A program made the position numbers and the translations under genes. The notes beneath the pieces are model-generated. The model worked only from the letters and a program-made list of their open reading frames with translations, was not told where the DNA came from and did not search any database. A stretch of DNA of 64,000 nucleotides from the human T2T-CHM13v2.0 reference genome, Homo sapiens. Positions 60,497 through 64,000 of the stretch are shown piece by piece. The stretch lies in the NCBI RefSeq assembly GCF_009914755.1, contig NC_060926.1. One strand, given 5' to 3'. How positions within the stretch are numbered: the first letter of the stretch is position 1; every line of letters begins with the position of its first letter.

Positions 60497-60793
60497 AGAT
60501 CTGTTGGTAATCTGAGGATTTTTATTCTACGTCGTCTTGACAGATGGAAAACCTGAAGTAACTTCGGGCTAACCTTGTGTTTTTGGAAAATTAGTAGACT
60601 TGGTGGTGAAGAAACTGGGAGGAGTAGGATATTAGCTAACTTTGCATAGCCACATATAGAGCGTCGCAGCTGCATTCCACCAAAGAGGAACCAAAAGGCC
60701 TGTGGTGTTCCCAGGGTACATATTCATGCCAGAAGTGAAGTGCCTTGGTGAATTCGTTTCCTGAAAGTTTATCGCATACTTGTACTGGGTTAG
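60497..60793 (+). other. YPEL5: Non-coding 5'UTR exon (297 nt) carrying two uORFs
   Basis: Acceptor CTTTTTCTGTTTACAG|AGATCTG; donor TTAG|GTAAGA; recalled YPEL5 junction ...GCTCAGG/AGATCTGTTGG. Confidence 0.7.
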
Positions 60794-62534
60794 GTAAGAA
60801 GTAAAGTACAAAGAATTTAGAATAGTTTCTCTAGAAGCTTATAACTTAATCAAAAGTCGTGGACAAAGTCGAGCAATAATTTTAGCAAGTTATGAGACGT
60901 TAGTAAAATATATGTAGCTTGGAAAATAATGTTACCTGGTTGGATCATTGCGAACTTTTCTCTAGACTAATTTCCCTTTTCTGTTTTCTATTTAAGTAAT
61001 GAGAAAAATAAACAGGTTTAGAAAAAAGTGAAAGGAAATAAGGCCAAAAATTATGAAAAGAAGTAATTAAAGCAGCTACTACCCTCTGAAAAACAGTCCA
61101 CGAGACATGAAGGTAGTCCTAGGTATATGTGTGCCTAAAATATCATTCTAGGTTTAATGGTGAATAACTATAGAGATCAGTGTCAGTTTTAAGATAATCC
61201 TGTGTAGTAATGTCAGTGTAATGCAGGAACTGAACCTTAGCTAGACCTGAAGTTGCTACTTGACACTTGAGTCGGGAAGCCAGACAGGTAAATTACACGT
61301 CAATCCATCTAGTTAGAGGCTTTTGGTATTGCATCACAACAAACGAGACCATGAAATTGTCTTGCTAGGGTTTAGCGGGGGATGACCAACTCAGATTGTG
61401 CACTAACACACAAGGTTTCCTGAGTGAAATGACTAGTCTTATTTTCTAATATTTAAATATAAGTGTTATTGAAATATAGTGAACTTGAAAGTCATCTAAC
61501 AAAACAGGAAAAAATAAGGCATTATTGAGGGGGGAGAACAAAAATATATCCTTAAAACGTACTGCAAATGAAGACCTGATTCCACAACAGGACATCATTT
61601 GACACAGCAAAGTAAACTGGTCACGTACTGCAAGAGGAAAGCAGAGCTTGCTTGTGTCACTGAAAACTTAGCTTGTTATATATTTTGCACAAAAATTGGA
61701 AAGTTGATTGTACGGATCAAACTGTTTTCCCATGTAGATTTTTTAATAGCGTTTAGTCACAACTCAGTATAAAGAGTTGATGAAATTACAATAGCAGTAA
61801 GTGCTGATTATTATAGTAATCAACCCAGCACTCTTAAAAGTTATTTGGGTTTTTATCCTTTGTTTTGGCGAGGGAAGAGATTAAAAACGAGATAGGAAAG
61901 CTGGCTTCCACGGGATTCCATTTTAGCAGAGTCATTGCGAAACAAAACCACCTCTGCAAGGGGCAGGTTCCTTTAACCCTTTCTGCGCTAGATGCCTGCA
62001 TACTCAGTTCCCTGCAGCAGTCTTTGTACCTTGCCTTTGTCCCATCTTCTGATGCAATGGAAAACCCACTGTGGTCTGTCCAACACTGGGGATCTGGTGA
62101 AGTGTGTATTCTATGGAAATGCCCTGAGGCGATGGTTTCATTTACTAAGGAAAAGTTTATCTGTGAACTGGGTGTTTTTCCGTCAGAAGGTTCTATGAGA
62201 TGCGAATAGATACCTACCCTCCCTGGTATTTTTAGGGCTGGGAAGTGGTGCCTCCCTTGACTAATTCCACTTACCAGGGTTGAAACCAAACTGGATTATT
62301 AATTATAGGGACAACAAGTACCTATTTTAAGACCCAGAACTGTGACATGCTTCAGAAGGTTTCTAACTTTCCTCCAGCTTCTGATTTCTATCACCTGGTT
62401 GCTTAGCTTTAGCATAATTAGCAGGAAGTGAAGCCAGTTAATTGTTATTGTTTCATATCCTTTGTGAGCCATGCTTTTCTCATCTGTCATAGGGTGAGTT
62501 GGGATGGGGAATGTTGAAGAAGATAATCTAGTTT

Positions 62535-62750
62535 TACTGACCTTTATTGAGCATTCACTGTGTGCTAGGCACCGTTCTCAGAATACAGTATCTCCACTTA
62601 ATTTCTCATAACTCAGAGGTGGCTGCTGCTCTCACCATTTTACAGATGAAACAGGAGAGGATAACTCACCCAGTGTTTCCAAAGCTATTAAGGGGGAAGA
62701 GCTGAGATTTGAACCTAGGAATCTCCAGAATTCAAGTATCTGAGCTCCAC
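62535..62750 (-). mobile_element. MIR
   Basis: TTTATTGAGCATTCACTGTGTGCTAGGCAC...CCATTTTACAGATGA. Confidence 0.7.
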
Positions 62751-63028
62751 AGTTTAAGTCCTGGGGGTGGAGAGAGGAGAGAGCAGCTGGTAGATATTAT
62801 CTATTTTTATAATCTTTATTAGAGTTGATCTTCAACATGCTGAACTGGTTACGGAAAGTTAAGGATTTTAGCTAGAAAATCAGTAAAGAAAAGGGGAATG
62901 GGATTAAACTGATCTTTTCAAATACTCCTATCTAGCTTTAATCCCAAATGCCAACCAAGTTTCCATTTTTTCTGGGAAAGACTGCTTTCTAAATGCAAAG
63001 CTCTTTCACTATCAGAATGTGTTTTTAA

Positions 63029-63325
63029 GCAGGGAAAACTTTTTTTTGGTAAAGGGCCAGGTAAAAAATATTTTAAACTTTGCAAGCCAGAAGGTTTCTG
63101 TAGCAGCTCCTCATACCTCTTCATTGTAAAGTGGAAGGAGTAAAGTGTAAACAAATGGGCGTGGCTGTGTTCCTAAAAACTTTGACACTCAAGTGTGAAT
63201 GTCATATATCTTGTGTCAGAAAATATTCTCCCCTCCCCCCAACCATTTAAAAGTACAAAATTCATTCTCAGCTTGTGGGCAGTACAGAAACAGGTGGCGA
63301 GCTGAATTGACCCACAGCCTTCCCA
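63029..63325 (+). mobile_element. MER58B-like (hAT-Charlie)
   Basis: GTAAAGGGCCAG..AATATTTT; ACAAATGGGCGTGGCTGTGTTCC. Confidence 0.75.
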
Positions 63326-64000
63326 GCTTTTAAGGAAAACAGTCAGCAATGAGCCAGACAAGTGAACAAGATACCGTATTTCGCTTGATAGTGTATGTGT
63401 AAAATAAACCAATAGTCTTTTTAGAAAATTGTTTTATTGATGTGGAAGCAAACTAGGAAATTATGTAGTCCATCATATCCATCATGCATTTTAAAATAAT
63501 GCATTCCTGGAGACTCTTTGGCTCTGAAGAGAATCATCTTTTTTTTTCCCCTCTTACAGATTCTGTAATTAAAAAAAAAAATTCTGTAACAAGGCAGAGA
63601 TCCTAAAATGTTATTAATATTTCACCAGAGTCTTCTGATAAAAGAGAAATTGGAAGTTGTAGATAGCTAAATATGCTATTGGTGAGAGAGGGAGGAAATT
63701 GAAAATAATACTAAAGTACGATCTATGAAATTATCTATAAATTTCACTTATATTTTCATCCCAGCCCCTCACTGTTTCAGGTAATTTCAAATAAACTAAG
63801 AATAGTCTTCCAGTTAAACAGTCAAGCTTGGTACTTTTCTTATTCAACCTTTTTAGGATTTTTATAACCTGGACCTACAAGAAAATAGTACCAAAGAGGC
63901 CTTATTTATAACATGATAAGGTAGGGAACATCTTAAATAAAACTTAAGCTTTATGATGAGTTTAGCTCTCATTTCACTATAAACTTGAACTTCAGCACTG

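Noticed and set aside
61834-62289. 114-151 aa intronic ORFs
   Set aside because: No resemblance to a Yippee-family protein or any domain I recognise; non-ATG or weak starts; likely chance.

Overview
Primate (human or great-ape) genomic DNA. About 58 kb of repeat-dense intergenic sequence (>30 Alu/FLAM, old L1M/L1PB, L2/MIR, ERV1/ERVL/MaLR solo LTRs, Tigger/hAT relics) is followed by a CpG-island promoter (~58.7-60.3 kb) and non-coding 5' exons of a + strand gene. From memory of its mRNA 5'UTR I recognise this gene as YPEL5 (chr2p23, next to ALK); its CDS lies beyond the window. No ORF in the track is credible as a protein gene. Repeat subfamily names come from recalled consensus sequences, not a database search. 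The most unusual signal is a set of locally templated copy events that repeat annotation would hide. These are two 316-356 bp inverted duplications (one partly homogenised to 100% identity), three 23-40 bp insertions copied from donors 0.6-3.4 kb away, a triple overlapping hairpin knot, and several perfect tandem duplications. I found no new protein-coding system.
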